A stretch of 62,875 nt of DNA, filler included, from Octopus bimaculoides (lineage: Eukaryota), in the NCBI RefSeq assembly GCF_001194135.2. It is 7 parts of 6 records of this genome, joined end to end, with 100 filler letters (N's around TTAATTAATTAA, not from the genome) between each part and the next. Parts side by side here need not be neighbours in the genome. Positions count along the whole stretch, not along the records: positions 50,002 to 62,875 come from NC_069000.1; 6 more parts are not named here. One strand, given 5' to 3'. Numbering within the stretch: position 1 is the stretch's first letter; each line of letters opens with the position of its first letter. The translations under genes were made by a program, and so were the position numbers. Of this stretch, positions 62,427-62,875 are shown piece by piece. The notes beneath the pieces were generated by a model. The model saw nothing but the letters and a program-made list of their open reading frames with translations. It did not search any database and was not told the origin of the DNA.

Positions 62427-62757
62427 TATAGGATTGAGGTAACACTTCCAGTAGGTATACAGAAGCAAAAAAAGAAGAGTGCCATTGTTATCAAGTGAAC
62501 GATATTTCGGCATCTAGTGTGCCTTCCACAGGTTCAAAAATAAACAATTTACTTCATTTCTTTTTTGCTTCTGTATACCTACTGCAGGAGTTACATGAAT
62601 CCTATAAAATATTACCAAAAATGAATTAGATTGACAAGTTTATTTTTTGAACCTGTGGAAGGTACACTAGATGCCGAAATATCGTTCACTTGGTAACAAT
62701 GGCACACTTTTCTTTTTGCTTCTGTATACCTACTGGAGGAGTTTCCTCAATCCTATA
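62427..62757. mobile_element. Foldback/MITE-like element with ~120-bp inverted arms and an extra internal terminus
   Basis: 62427-62545 and 62638-62757 are about 90% reverse-complementary; 62556-62605 is a third copy of the terminal ~50 bp. Confidence 0.75.
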
Positions 62758-62838
62758 AGAACCAGTTAGGCTCTGGGGTCGATGTAATCGACGAGCCCCC
62801 TCATCCCCAAATTTTCAAGGCCTTATGCCTAAAGTAGA

Positions 62839-62875
<37 letters not shown>

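Overview
AT-rich animal genomic DNA, most likely from an octopus (inferred from the SINE families and microsatellite landscape). It contains no confidently identifiable host gene, and most ORFs in the track are translations of microsatellites or N-gaps. The window is a mosaic of: (i) more than 25 copies or fragments of three tRNA-derived SINE families (labelled A, B, C here); (ii) non-LTR retrotransposon remnants, including a near full-length but decayed Tx1/L1-clade element at 56.1-61.9 kb, RTE, CR1-like, R4/Dong-like and Penelope-like pieces; (iii) DNA transposons (a maT/DD37D-type relic, a mariner with two 5' ends, and Tc2-, Tc1- and hAT-type MITEs); and (iv) dense simple repeats. Six 100-bp gaps carry an artificial TTAATTAATTAA spacer, so continuity across them is not guaranteed. 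The best leads are a minimal type-I hammerhead ribozyme motif in a Penelope-like terminal region (106-195, minus strand), a pile-up of retroelements in (AAT/ATT)n tracts that includes an orphan ~540-bp non-tRNA element, perfect snap-back hairpins at retroelement junctions, a double-5'-end mariner, and a few isolated exon-like segments on the minus strand. All alignments, folds and family calls were made by eye, without database searches.
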